Assembly (NCBI GenBank): GCA_002721825.1
Contig: PBLS01000043.1
Location: forward strand, 43,360-107,359
DNA: 64,000 bases
Reading direction: 5' to 3'
From: Magnetovibrio sp.
GTDB lineage: Bacteria > Pseudomonadota > Alphaproteobacteria > Rhodospirillales > Casp-alpha2
Each line of letters starts with the position of its first letter. Position 1 is the first letter of the stretch. The notes under the pieces were generated by a model. The model did not search any database. It was not told the DNA's origin and was given only the letters and a program-made list of their open reading frames with translations. The position numbers were made by a program, and so were the translations under genes. Positions 27,429 through 37,034 of this stretch are shown piece by piece.

Positions 27429-28201
27429 TAGTATTTATATAAATCCTTGTAGTCTGGAACGGTTTGCTCAAGTTGAGCGAACTCATCATAGGGATCGTAG
27501 GCGAAACCATCATTGTGCATGAATTGCACGTTAATTTTTATGCTGCCATCTGATCCGTCGCGAAAAGACTTGTGTACGCAGAAAGAATTGAGAAACACAA
27601 CATCGCACGGATCTGCTTCCAAAATGATTTCTTCGCATCCGTCTACAACATCAGGCTTTCTGAGTTCGATCTGGCCATCGGTAATTTTGTGTTCGAGCAT
27701 TCCCAATTTATGTGTTCCTGAGTAACAGACAATCGATCCATTTTTGGGATCGATACGGGTTAACGGCACCCAAACGGTGATGCAACTGGCCGACCGAATC
27801 GAACGCAAATCTTGATGTAGGCGGGTCAAATAACGTTTTTCGAATTCTCCAGGTATGTCAAACCTGACTGTCGGCACCTGTAGAGAAACTGGAAATGCTA
27901 AGCCGAGGACCTCAAGGGCGTAGAGAATATCAGGATGGTACTGCGTAGCGCGAATAGCGGGCGCGTGGCGTACTAGTTCATAGACCGCTTTTCTGTGTGG
28001 TGAATTTGGCTCCATAACCTTGTAGACCAACGTTTCTAAATCGTATTGCGGTGTATCGAGTACACCAAGCTTTTGAGCTTGGTGTGCAAAGAGACAATGC
28101 AATTGGGCCTTCATGTCGTTAACCCAATCGCGACTTAGCATACCAGGGGCGTGTAGGAAGCCAGATTGATTGAAGGCCTTTATTTGTTCATGTGTAAGCA
28201 T
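27428..28201 (-). CDS. PhyH-family Fe(II)/2-oxoglutarate dioxygenase
   Basis: N-terminal LTHEQIKAFNQSGF, an HxD triad element (LHQDL) and a distal His (GTHKLG). The ATG at 28201 lies 6 nt after AAGGAG. The track start at 28228 is TTG. Confidence 0.75.
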   Translation of the reverse strand: MLTHEQIKAFNQSGFLHAPGMLSRDWVNDMKAQLHCLFAHQAQKLGVLDTPQYDLETLVYKVMEPNSPHRKAVYELVRHAPAIRATQYHPDILYALEVLGLAFPVSLQVPTVRFDIPGEFEKRYLTRLHQDLRSIRSASCITVWVPLTRIDPKNGSIVCYSGTHKLGMLEHKITDGQIELRKPDVVDGCEEIILEADPCDVVFLNSFCVHKSFRDGSDGSIKINVQFMHNDGFAYDPYDEFAQLEQTVPDYKDLYKY

Positions 28202-28221
28202 GCCGATCTCCTTTGCCGTAT

Positions 28222-30078
28222 TCAACAACGCTTATCGCACCAGGACCGCAGCCATTGCTCTCCATTGTAGGCTTGCCATAGTAGCATCATGTGATTTTTG
28301 TCACCGCTCATATGTTCATCGACAAGAGAATTGAATTTTTGGAGATCGTAAATACCGCGCTCTCTAAAAGACCGGGATTGGAAGATGTCAATGAATTGAT
28401 CGCGCAATGGACCGCGGACCCAGACGTCAATGGGGGCATTGAAACCGCTTTTATCGACGCGGTTAAGAATAGTGTCCGGTACAATGCCGCGAAGGGCCTT
28501 TCGAGCAAGAAATTTGTTCACGCCGTCACGGATTTTATGATCAGGAGGGATACTCCAACCCATGTCGATTATAGCCCTTTGAAAGAATGGCGACGTCATG
28601 GCAGTACCGTAGGTCCAATCCATGATGTCTTCGGCGCCTGATCCGGGAGCAACAGCCTCGTACCAGTATTCCTGTACCGTGTACGAGCGAAGAAAACTGC
28701 CATAGGAACCTACCATAGCGCCACCCCAGTCTGTATTGACCTGTCGTAAATCCTTTGAAGCAATACCATCTAGTAATTGTAAATTCTGAGATTTTAGCGC
28801 TCCTGGTTTTGTTAAATCGACGGCGGCAGCAAAAAATTGATTTGCGGTCTCTTCGGATTTTGGATATTGGGCCGTACTGTGATGATGTATCCAGTGCTCA
28901 AGCTCGTGTTGATAGAGATCCGGATTGCCTGATGATTTTAGGTCGGCGAGGTAATAGAGGTAATTGGTATAATTCCCAGCCTGGATGTAATCACCACCGG
29001 ATCCCGTAAAGAATGTATTGTAACCCAACTCTGCACCAGCCCGGTACAGATAATCGTAACCATAAATGCTAATAGTGGCTAAGGGTTGATCGAATCGACC
29101 ATATAAACCTGGCAGCTCTCCATACATTACTTGCCAGTCGACCTTAATGTCGTGCCAAGTGGCGATGTTCTGTGTAACGGAATCTTTTATAAGATCGCCT
29201 TCGTCGAAATCCGTGGCCTCCGTGTAGGTCATGGAAACCGCATCAAATTTTTCTTTCGTATGGCGATGAAGCGCTCCGGCTATTGTTCCAGAATCAATGC
29301 CTCCACTTAAAGACACTGCAATACGGTCGGATTGGCGTGGTTTCAGAAAGCAGCGGATCATTTCATCCAAGGCGTGTCGGTATTCCGCGCTAAGATCAGC
29401 CGTATTAGGACTGAATAAATTAGCGTTTGCATTGAAATCCCAGTACTTGAAACTCTTTATAGAGCCTTCCTTTATACTCAAAATTTCACCAGGCCCCAGG
29501 AGCCTAACATCTTTGAAAAATGTCTCAGGGCGGCCATAAACTGCGCGGTAGTTGCAAGTGAAATAGCGGCCAAGAACGGCCAAATTGAAATCGGAGGAAG
29601 CAAGACCCGATCGGACGATAGCGCCAGCTGTCGATGCAACGGTAATGCCGTTAGGCAAGTCCGCATAGTAGACGGGCTTTAATCCGATGCGATCACGAAC
29701 CACATGCAATGCGTTATTTGCCGTGTCAGCAATGATTGCAGTCCATCCGCCATCAAGTTCTGATGCGAGCGCTTGGACACCGTCCAACTGCACATGATGC
29801 AGAAACTCTTGGGCTGTAAGAATCCGATCGCGCAGTTGTGGCGCACCGTCGACAATCACCGATAAGCCTACTGGCGATTTCGCATAAACGTGAGTCAATT
29901 CTGAAACCCGTTCTGCAACATGGATGGATAGTTGGTTATCGAGGGTGTGTATTTGTCGTTGCTCTAAGGGAGCTGAAACAAATGCACACATTGCATTCAT
30001 ACCGCGAATCATAGCGGCATCAAGGTCAGGTTTAGGTTCGCTATCCGAGGGTCTCCAATGTGCAAGAAATCGTGCCAT
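28222..30078 (-). CDS. asparagine-synthase-like PP-loop amidotransferase lacking the N-terminal Cys nucleophile
   Basis: PP-loop SLSGGIDSGT. The N-terminus is MARFLAHW rather than MCG, so no Ntn glutaminase cysteine is present. Confidence 0.75.
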   Translation of the reverse strand: MARFLAHWRPSDSEPKPDLDAAMIRGMNAMCAFVSAPLEQRQIHTLDNQLSIHVAERVSELTHVYAKSPVGLSVIVDGAPQLRDRILTAQEFLHHVQLDGVQALASELDGGWTAIIADTANNALHVVRDRIGLKPVYYADLPNGITVASTAGAIVRSGLASSDFNLAVLGRYFTCNYRAVYGRPETFFKDVRLLGPGEILSIKEGSIKSFKYWDFNANANLFSPNTADLSAEYRHALDEMIRCFLKPRQSDRIAVSLSGGIDSGTIAGALHRHTKEKFDAVSMTYTEATDFDEGDLIKDSVTQNIATWHDIKVDWQVMYGELPGLYGRFDQPLATISIYGYDYLYRAGAELGYNTFFTGSGGDYIQAGNYTNYLYYLADLKSSGNPDLYQHELEHWIHHHSTAQYPKSEETANQFFAAAVDLTKPGALKSQNLQLLDGIASKDLRQVNTDWGGAMVGSYGSFLRSYTVQEYWYEAVAPGSGAEDIMDWTYGTAMTSPFFQRAIIDMGWSIPPDHKIRDGVNKFLARKALRGIVPDTILNRVDKSGFNAPIDVWVRGPLRDQFIDIFQSRSFRERGIYDLQKFNSLVDEHMSGDKNHMMLLWQAYNGEQWLRSWCDKRC

Positions 30079-30084
30079 GTTAAA

Positions 30085-30474
30085 TTATTTTTCTTGTGAC
30101 GTGTTTGCGACGAAAGCCGCGAAGGCTTGCAACGTTGCTTCGTCAAGCCATGCTACAAGGGTTTGTTCCTCATCTTTGAGATAGTGCTCAAATTGGGCTT
30201 CTCGACCGGCCTCGACAAGTAAGACATAAAATCGACCTGCTTCGTTACGCGTCAACGCCGGCCGTAATCCCTTTGCCGGGAGGCGGCCATTAAGCGAGGG
30301 GGTCGCATAATATCCAAAGTTCTTTCGCGCCACATCGAATTCGGTTCCTGAATCGGTTGCGAACGTTAATTGCTCGTCTGGATCGAGAAAAACAAGACCC
30401 ATGTCACTCAGAGTAATGGTGCCAGTTTTACCGACATTGAAGGTTCGTGGTGGCCAGTTTCGCTTAACCCTCAT
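30085..30474 (-). CDS. hypothetical protein
   Basis: 129-aa ORF with an ATGA overlap to the upstream gene. I recognise no motif. Confidence 0.6.
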   Translation of the reverse strand: MRVKRNWPPRTFNVGKTGTITLSDMGLVFLDPDEQLTFATDSGTEFDVARKNFGYYATPSLNGRLPAKGLRPALTRNEAGRFYVLLVEAGREAQFEHYLKDEEQTLVAWLDEATLQAFAAFVANTSQEK

Positions 30475-31304
30475 TTGGGCGCCGCTGTCAAAAACGTATA
30501 AAGTGTGTATTTGGTGCTGGGTTCTCGAATGCGTTCCATGAAGTCCACCCGGAAACCCGAGCGCTGAGCAAGCAACGCCATTGAGGCGGCACTAAATACA
30601 TGCGGATGATCGATTGTAAATTCTTCGCGCGCAGCTCCTTCGGGGTCTTCGATTGCAGCTTCTCCATCGGGTAGCTCAACGTAGCAAATGCCACCAGGTT
30701 TAAGGATTGGGCGTGCGCGTGCTAGCATAGAAATAGGCTCCCGTACATGCTCAAGAACCTTGTTGAACGTCACAAGGCTAAACTTTGGTAAATTCTGAGC
30801 AGTCATGAAGTCGGCATGGATGGCCGAAACTCCAACCACGTTGCGAGCATGCTGCGCTTGACGCGAATCTGGGTCAAGCGCTGTTACGTTCCAGCCCGCC
30901 TGTTTCATGGCATGGGGAAAAACGCCAAGGCCCGAACCAACATCAAGAACATCAAGAGCTAACGGCGTGTCTTTAAGATGCGGGCGTGAGTACATATTGA
31001 CTCGCTTGACCCGGAATGCGTTATCAGATTGGTTGGGCGGTAGTGCAATTATTTGTTCAAATGTTTGCCGCAGTCTATCGTCGCCATAATTTGCATCCGC
31101 GTAAGCACTTGTGTAAAGCTGACCGAGGTCCATATCATGGGTTGAAAAAAAATGGCCGCAGCGTGTACAGCGATGCAGATCTCGCCTATACACAGCGTTT
31201 GCGACAGGCGCAAAGCAAACCTCATTTGGAGGCGGCGATGTGAACGTTGTCACGAGCTCAAGAGCGCCGTGAGAGCAGAATGTACAACTGCTAATCAATG
31301 TCAT
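30471..31304 (-). CDS. class I SAM-dependent methyltransferase with N-terminal zinc ribbon
   Basis: CTFCSHG ... CTRCGHFF zinc ribbon and motif I VLDVGSGLGVF. Confidence 0.85.
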   Translation of the reverse strand: MTLISSCTFCSHGALELVTTFTSPPPNEVCFAPVANAVYRRDLHRCTRCGHFFSTHDMDLGQLYTSAYADANYGDDRLRQTFEQIIALPPNQSDNAFRVKRVNMYSRPHLKDTPLALDVLDVGSGLGVFPHAMKQAGWNVTALDPDSRQAQHARNVVGVSAIHADFMTAQNLPKFSLVTFNKVLEHVREPISMLARARPILKPGGICYVELPDGEAAIEDPEGAAREEFTIDHPHVFSAASMALLAQRSGFRVDFMERIREPSTKYTLYTFLTAAPK

Positions 31305-31548
31305 TATTATAAGTTTCTATGTAGCCACTAAAATTTGGATAGTCAAACCAGCCGATGGTCCGATGATTAATCTTATTTAGTAATCTTGCAACCTCGCTAT
31401 TAGCATGGTGTTTCGACGAAACTGACAGAGAAAACGGGTGTTTTGTTTGAAAGATCAATGCCGCGTAGAACCCTTTTCCTGCACACGAGTGTTCTGCCAT
31501 GGGATTGCATAAATTTCCACCCTTTCCGGCTACCCTTGTATTTAGCAT
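31291..31548 (-). CDS. small hypothetical protein (85 aa), doubtful
   Basis: It is the only ORF in the 354-nt gap. Its stop overlaps the next start by 14 nt. No motif. Confidence 0.3.
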   Translation of the reverse strand: MLNTRVAGKGGNLCNPMAEHSCAGKGFYAALIFQTKHPFSLSVSSKHHANSEVARLLNKINHRTIGWFDYPNFSGYIETYNNDID

Positions 31549-31658
31549 TTGATTCTGTCCTTACCTTCATCAACTAGTCCACTTTGAGCATGATGTCAGC
31601 GTAGTGCGAAGTGACGATGTCAGGAGATGGCTGAAACTTGCGGATGGGGCCCATATGT

Positions 31659-32771
31659 TTAACCTTCATGCCAGTCCCAGTCAGGAATCAAGAAATCGTC
31701 AATCCTCCAAATGCCTTCATCATGCCGCCAAATGGTGGAGTTTCGGAAGCTGGCTGCAATTGAAAAAAAATGGCTGGTTGAGATGTCAAGAAAATCACAA
31801 AATTTATCGATGTCTTCGTAAGGCGTTTGATCTCCAGCGTCTTTGATAAGATAGATAGCTTGCTCGCGTGTTAGGCGGCCGTTCCGAATTTCCAGCGATA
31901 AGTTGTCCCACAATCGAGTGAAGCCAAACTTGTGCCACTTAAACCAGTGATGGATTGAAATGAAGTCGTCATCGATATCAGCGTAGTTGTATAACCCAGT
32001 CTTTGCTCTTGCCGCACTTTCAAAGCCGTGTGTCGCGGCTACTTTATAGACGTTTTCGGCATCCCAAGAGAAATAATAACCCAGAAATACACCTAAGACT
32101 TTTTCCCGGTCAAACGAGAGTGGTCCAAAATAAGGCGTCAGGTCGTGTTCAGTTAATTCGTCATCAAGCCAGTCACGCGCGACCGTTCCGTGGGTGACGC
32201 CGTACCTGGCAACCCATTCATTGTCCAGCCTGAATCCCTGATGCATGGCTTCGCCGGTGTATTCTGAGGCTGTGTTCTCTCCCCAGATCATAAGCGGAAC
32301 GTTGAACCGGCAAGCAATATTCAGCGGAATGTTAAATATGGCCATATGCATGGGCAGGCCGGGTGTTCCCATCTTGGTGAGAGCCTTGTATGTAAATTTG
32401 CGTTCCACTTTGGGGTTTATCTGAAAATCGATATGATCGACGCCAAGATAAATGAGATTATCCAGGTTTTTTTGACCGAGAGGAGTTCGACCTGGTGTCC
32501 GCCAGGTAACGCATAAGGGATTGAGGCCATAATCTTTGCATTTCGCAACTTGCCATGTGCTATCTTTACCGCCGCTCACGGGAATAACGCAGTCGTAGCC
32601 TGTGCTTTTACGTTTGGCATTATCAACCACGTGGCGGAATGCAAGTTCTCTTGCTGGCCAATCTATGCTGACTCGGACTTCAGCACTTCTACAAGCGCTA
32701 CAAACGCCGGCCTCATCGAACGTGAGGCCTGGGCGAGTCGTGGGCAAGACACACTTAGTGCAGTACTTCAT
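31659..32771 (-). CDS. N-acetyl-sugar amidotransferase (WbpG/PseA/PtmG type; forms acetamidino groups)
   Basis: N-terminal MKYCTKCVLPTTRPGLTFDEAGVCSAC zinc ribbon and PP-loop PVSGGKDS. TAATG overlap with asnB. Confidence 0.8.
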   Translation of the reverse strand: MKYCTKCVLPTTRPGLTFDEAGVCSACRSAEVRVSIDWPARELAFRHVVDNAKRKSTGYDCVIPVSGGKDSTWQVAKCKDYGLNPLCVTWRTPGRTPLGQKNLDNLIYLGVDHIDFQINPKVERKFTYKALTKMGTPGLPMHMAIFNIPLNIACRFNVPLMIWGENTASEYTGEAMHQGFRLDNEWVARYGVTHGTVARDWLDDELTEHDLTPYFGPLSFDREKVLGVFLGYYFSWDAENVYKVAATHGFESAARAKTGLYNYADIDDDFISIHHWFKWHKFGFTRLWDNLSLEIRNGRLTREQAIYLIKDAGDQTPYEDIDKFCDFLDISTSHFFSIAASFRNSTIWRHDEGIWRIDDFLIPDWDWHEG

Positions 32772-34600
32772 TAGGAATGGGCCTCGACAAAAAATTTTGC
32801 AGAGATGAAATAGAACAAGAACTTGCTTTTGCTATTTGGCAGTTCGTCCTCATCTAGAAGTGATTCGATTCGATCGCGCCGCACGTGTTGAAAAATGATG
32901 CTATCATCTAACAACGTCTCGCGGACATGCGGGTCACGATGGTTCAGGAAATGCAAAATCGGAGCATTGAAACCGACTTTGCGACGGTTGTTGATGACTG
33001 AGGTTGGGGCCAAGCCCCGCACGGCTTCACGAAGGATGATCTTAGCCTTGCCGTCGCGGACGAGATGGCGATCGGGAATACGCATTGAGAATTCGAAGAG
33101 GCAGCGATCCAGGAATGGCGAGCGGTTCTCAACCGAATAATACATTGCGTTTAAATCGTCCTCGTGCAGGATTGCCGGAACGGCCTCGTGGAAAAGCTCG
33201 TTCATCATACGGTTTCGCAATAAGCTTGGTGTGTAGCAGTGCTCGGTGAACGGTTCGTGCCATGGCGTCGTTAGGTACTCCTGCATTTCGTGCGAATTGA
33301 GGAAAATATGATCCCGCATGTTGGGATTATCGATGAATGCGCGTGGATCTTGGAGAAACGGATTTCTTACAACGGGTTTGATATACGAACGCCAATTACG
33401 AATGGATTCGTTGAGTAATTTTTCATCATCCTGGACTGCATTCATGTAGAGTAAATGATGGTCATAATAACCACTGAACAACTCGTCAGCCCCGGTTCCG
33501 CTTATAGATACGCGATATCCGTGTTTGGAAATTTGCTGCTGCAATAACCAATGCGCGTAATACGAAATGGTGTAGACAGGCGCATCATGGTAGGAAACTA
33601 GGGTTCGCAAGCCGTCTAGAAATCCTGAGGTGTCGGTTGGGATAGCGGTATGACTCAACTCAAGCTGTTGTACAGTTTCTTCGACTAATGGCCATTCGTC
33701 ATAACGCTCGTCGCTGTTGACAGCCGTGAATCCATGAATGGCGGAGTTTGAGATTTTTTGTGCAATACTGATGAGGGCAATCGAATCTACACCGCCGCTC
33801 ATGCAGAATGCTACCGGGACATCACTCCGCAATCTAAGCTCGACCGCCCGGATTAGTTGGAGTCGAATTTCCTCAACCGCCTCGTTAAAGCTCATTCTTG
33901 CATCCGGCGCATACGCAGGCGACCAAAACTTGACAGGCAAACTCAGTCCGTCAGTCTTTGCTTCAGCAAATGATGCGGCCGGAAATTCTTCTACATTTGA
34001 ATAGAATGTCGCTGGCTGCTTATAAAGTGATTTATAGCCGTTGACCAAATAACGAGATAGCTGTGACCAGTCGAGATCTGGAGAAATTCCACTCAGGGCT
34101 AGGAGAAATTTAATCTCTGATCCAAAATAGAACCCATGTTTTTGGCGCAGAATGTATAGAGGTTTTTCTCCAAATCGGTCGCGGGAGAGTAAAATGGCAC
34201 CTGTCGATAGATCTAACCGTGCTAAACTCCACATGCCTTCGAATTTATCAAATGCTTGGGTTCCCCAATGACTGATCGCACGGCTCATAACTTCTGTATC
34301 TGATTCGGAGATAAATTGATGGCCAGCGCTTTTCAGTTGTGCGCGAATCTCCCGGTAATTGTATAGCTCGCCATTGTAGACGATGGCGCTATTCGCAACA
34401 TTGAAAGGCTGATCCGCGCGAGAATCTAAGTCGATGATTCTAAGCCGCGCATGCAAAAGTACAACATGGTGACAGTCGGGAAATTCATAGGCTTTAGCTC
34501 GTTGGATGTCCGGGCCTCGGCGACGCATCAGCGACAATGCGGAGTCAATGGCTTGCGCGCGCGGTGGTGCATTACCCACGTAACCTGCAATGCCACACAT
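32771..34600 (-). CDS. asnB: asparagine synthase (glutamine-hydrolysing) family amidotransferase
   Basis: MCGIAGYVG Ntn nucleophile and PP-loop CMSGGVDS. It is 609 aa long. Confidence 0.85.
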   Translation of the reverse strand: MCGIAGYVGNAPPRAQAIDSALSLMRRRGPDIQRAKAYEFPDCHHVVLLHARLRIIDLDSRADQPFNVANSAIVYNGELYNYREIRAQLKSAGHQFISESDTEVMSRAISHWGTQAFDKFEGMWSLARLDLSTGAILLSRDRFGEKPLYILRQKHGFYFGSEIKFLLALSGISPDLDWSQLSRYLVNGYKSLYKQPATFYSNVEEFPAASFAEAKTDGLSLPVKFWSPAYAPDARMSFNEAVEEIRLQLIRAVELRLRSDVPVAFCMSGGVDSIALISIAQKISNSAIHGFTAVNSDERYDEWPLVEETVQQLELSHTAIPTDTSGFLDGLRTLVSYHDAPVYTISYYAHWLLQQQISKHGYRVSISGTGADELFSGYYDHHLLYMNAVQDDEKLLNESIRNWRSYIKPVVRNPFLQDPRAFIDNPNMRDHIFLNSHEMQEYLTTPWHEPFTEHCYTPSLLRNRMMNELFHEAVPAILHEDDLNAMYYSVENRSPFLDRCLFEFSMRIPDRHLVRDGKAKIILREAVRGLAPTSVINNRRKVGFNAPILHFLNHRDPHVRETLLDDSIIFQHVRRDRIESLLDEDELPNSKSKFLFYFISAKFFVEAHS

Positions 34601-34813
34601 TAGGTTGCAGGCCTAAGCTTTTGTGGCCTTGCTCCACAAACTATTACCGCGTTTTGTCTGAGCAAGCCGCGGGTGCATTCGCTAGCACCATCGGATTGCA
34701 TTAATGCGTCGGGCTTAAAAGCGCTTTTCAAATAAGGGGATTGGGTATTGAGCATGTCTTCCGAGACTTCTCGATGACTAAAATAACTGGTAATACTGCA
34801 TATGGTTTAGACT

Positions 34814-36133
34814 CTATTCTATAACTTCTAGAAGCTCGTTCTCGACCAGACAATGTGCCGCTTTGGCTAGGCTCTCGACCGACAAACCGCTTTGGTTTGA
34901 GATTTGAAAAAGATCGTGGTCACCATCTGAAAAATTTAGCAGCCACTTTATCGCGATGACGTCAATATCCTTTTGGATGGTAGCTCCGAGTGTGCTCATC
35001 AAGCCGCGGCGACCCAAGTTAGGTTCACCGAACGGCGCGAGGTTCCGGTAGCTTTGATTTAATTCCAGTGCAAGACAGATTTGGTAGATGGTTTGGATCG
35101 AATGCTGTAGCGTTTTAAAACTTATACAATCCTTGTTATCCAAGGACGTGTGGTATTCGGGGTAGTGTGCCGGCCATGAGCGTGCAATTACACCGACTGG
35201 AAGATTGAACCCCGGTGAACAATACTGCCTTTCATCACTTCCGGACGGAAAGAAATCAAGAATTTTTGACTCGTTGTCCCGCGCGTTGGCCAAAACTGAT
35301 TGTGCTGCTTGATCGGCGAAGCTGTTCCCTCTGCGGGAACGCTTGTAGGTTATTCCGGTTGGATCGCCGAGGCAGGTAAGAACAAAACCAGCATGCATGA
35401 CGTCCCTGAAATGGTCACCTAGTTTTGACAAATATACGATACTTCCAATGGTTTCTGGAAGAAACGCGAACCGATAGGTGAAGCGCCGGCATTTTAGTGC
35501 CGAGAGCATGCGATAGAGAAACATGGCGGAAAGCGGACCGGATAGCTCGTTGTTTGCCATTGAGGGGTGGCAGGTATATGTGGAAATAAGGATTTCTTGT
35601 CGCGAGGTGCCTGGCAGCACCGCCTCGGACAAGGTCATTGAGCCGGGTTGTAGCGTTGTTTTGATGACGACCTTGTATTTTTGATCAGGCAGCAGTCTCC
35701 GTTGGTGGTCCGACAAGCAGAACCCCCATCGGCGTTCGTAGTAGGAGGTAACATATGGGATGGCATTGGGCAGATCCGGTAAACTGTGGAGATTTTTATC
35801 GAGCTCTTGGCGCGTGAGAACGCCGCAGAAAGGAATCGAGTAGTTGACTAGGTGTAGGTTGTTGTCGCGAACATCGACGACCCGTTCGCCATCCGAGGTC
35901 TCTATATAGGCCTCTTGTACGTTCCACTCGTCAGGAACAAACCAATCAAAACATTTGGTTCCGCTTGCCACTTCCATGCGCTCTAAAGGCACAATTTCAG
36001 CTAGGATGTCATGGGTCTTACGGACACCATTACCGGTAATAGACCGGAGGATCGGCCATAGCCGATCAAAGTGACTCTCCAGCTCGCTTTCGGAGGGAAG
36101 TGTTTCCGAGCCAGTGAAATCAATCACAGACAT
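34814..36133 (-). CDS. aminopeptidase-like-domain protein (DUF2172/DUF4910-type) with C-terminal winged-helix-like region
   Basis: FAFLPETIGSIVYL and the overall layout are recalled from the family. The ATG at 36133 gives a 14-nt overlap with the upstream stop. The track start at 36226 lies inside the upstream gene. Confidence 0.5.
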   Translation of the reverse strand: MSVIDFTGSETLPSESELESHFDRLWPILRSITGNGVRKTHDILAEIVPLERMEVASGTKCFDWFVPDEWNVQEAYIETSDGERVVDVRDNNLHLVNYSIPFCGVLTRQELDKNLHSLPDLPNAIPYVTSYYERRWGFCLSDHQRRLLPDQKYKVVIKTTLQPGSMTLSEAVLPGTSRQEILISTYTCHPSMANNELSGPLSAMFLYRMLSALKCRRFTYRFAFLPETIGSIVYLSKLGDHFRDVMHAGFVLTCLGDPTGITYKRSRRGNSFADQAAQSVLANARDNESKILDFFPSGSDERQYCSPGFNLPVGVIARSWPAHYPEYHTSLDNKDCISFKTLQHSIQTIYQICLALELNQSYRNLAPFGEPNLGRRGLMSTLGATIQKDIDVIAIKWLLNFSDGDHDLFQISNQSGLSVESLAKAAHCLVENELLEVIE

Positions 36134-37025
36134 CAGCCTCAATGACACCAGCAGAGCATAGAAAAAAACCGCGCCAATCGTCGGTCCGACCTTCCAACTT
36201 GATTGACTCTTGTCGGAACCCAGCACCGATATCAGACTCGAGCATTGGTGGCGCTGCGTGAAAATGGTACCAGTGGAACACTAGATTCTTTAGCCCAGCT
36301 TCGTCGAAAAGTGTTGGTATGGTGAATGGATTGTGGAACTTAGCTTGGATCGCGTCGTAACCAAGCTCGCCTCTGGCAGATTGTAACCGGCGCGGCGGCA
36401 TTTCTAGCGCCAGCCGCGTGTCCAGGTCTTGTGCTACAGCGTCACGAACCTGGCAGTCGATTCCGTCTAGAAGGTCGTCCATGAAGAATTCCTTCGTATT
36501 TCGATTGAGAGTGAATAGTGAAAAAAGCTTGTTACGAAACTCAATGAAAACTTTGCCACCACTATGAACGATACTGTGCATATTTTTCAGAGCTAGCACA
36601 TCGTCGATGACATGTGGCAAAACGCCGAATGCGATCAGAGCGTCGAATTGTCCACCGGTAAGTTGATTGGAAAAAGAGCTGGCGTTTTCGATATCGGCAA
36701 TTTGGCAGGTATGTGGGTCGAAACCGGACTCCTCCATTTTGTTTCGGGTCGCATCCACCATATTTTCCGAAATATCGCAACCAGCAACTTCGAATCCAGC
36801 CTTGGCCATCGCGGTAATTGGGGTGCCTTCACCAGTGCCCACCTCATAAATGCGTTTGGCATCGCTATCCATTAACCTGGTTAGTAAATTTTGTAGGCGG
36901 AAATAATTTGCTGGATATTTCTCAAGTGTATATAGGTTGGCTGGATCGTATTGCTGGTCATATGTAGCAGCTACATCGTTATAATGGGCAATTATCTCGG
37001 CCTTTTTGTCAGCGTCATTAGTCAC
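36120..37025 (-). CDS. class I SAM-dependent methyltransferase
   Basis: Motif I IYEVGTGEGTP. GTG start with AGGAAA 7 nt upstream. Confidence 0.85.
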   Translation of the reverse strand: MTNDADKKAEIIAHYNDVAATYDQQYDPANLYTLEKYPANYFRLQNLLTRLMDSDAKRIYEVGTGEGTPITAMAKAGFEVAGCDISENMVDATRNKMEESGFDPHTCQIADIENASSFSNQLTGGQFDALIAFGVLPHVIDDVLALKNMHSIVHSGGKVFIEFRNKLFSLFTLNRNTKEFFMDDLLDGIDCQVRDAVAQDLDTRLALEMPPRRLQSARGELGYDAIQAKFHNPFTIPTLFDEAGLKNLVFHWYHFHAAPPMLESDIGAGFRQESIKLEGRTDDWRGFFLCSAGVIEADVCD

Positions 37026-37034
37026 GAAAATTTC

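Noticed and set aside
31521-31535. A second GGTAGC core (minus strand GGGTAGCCG), considered as an internal ops-like site.
   Set aside because: Only the 6-nt core matches and the flanking positions do not. This is expected by chance.
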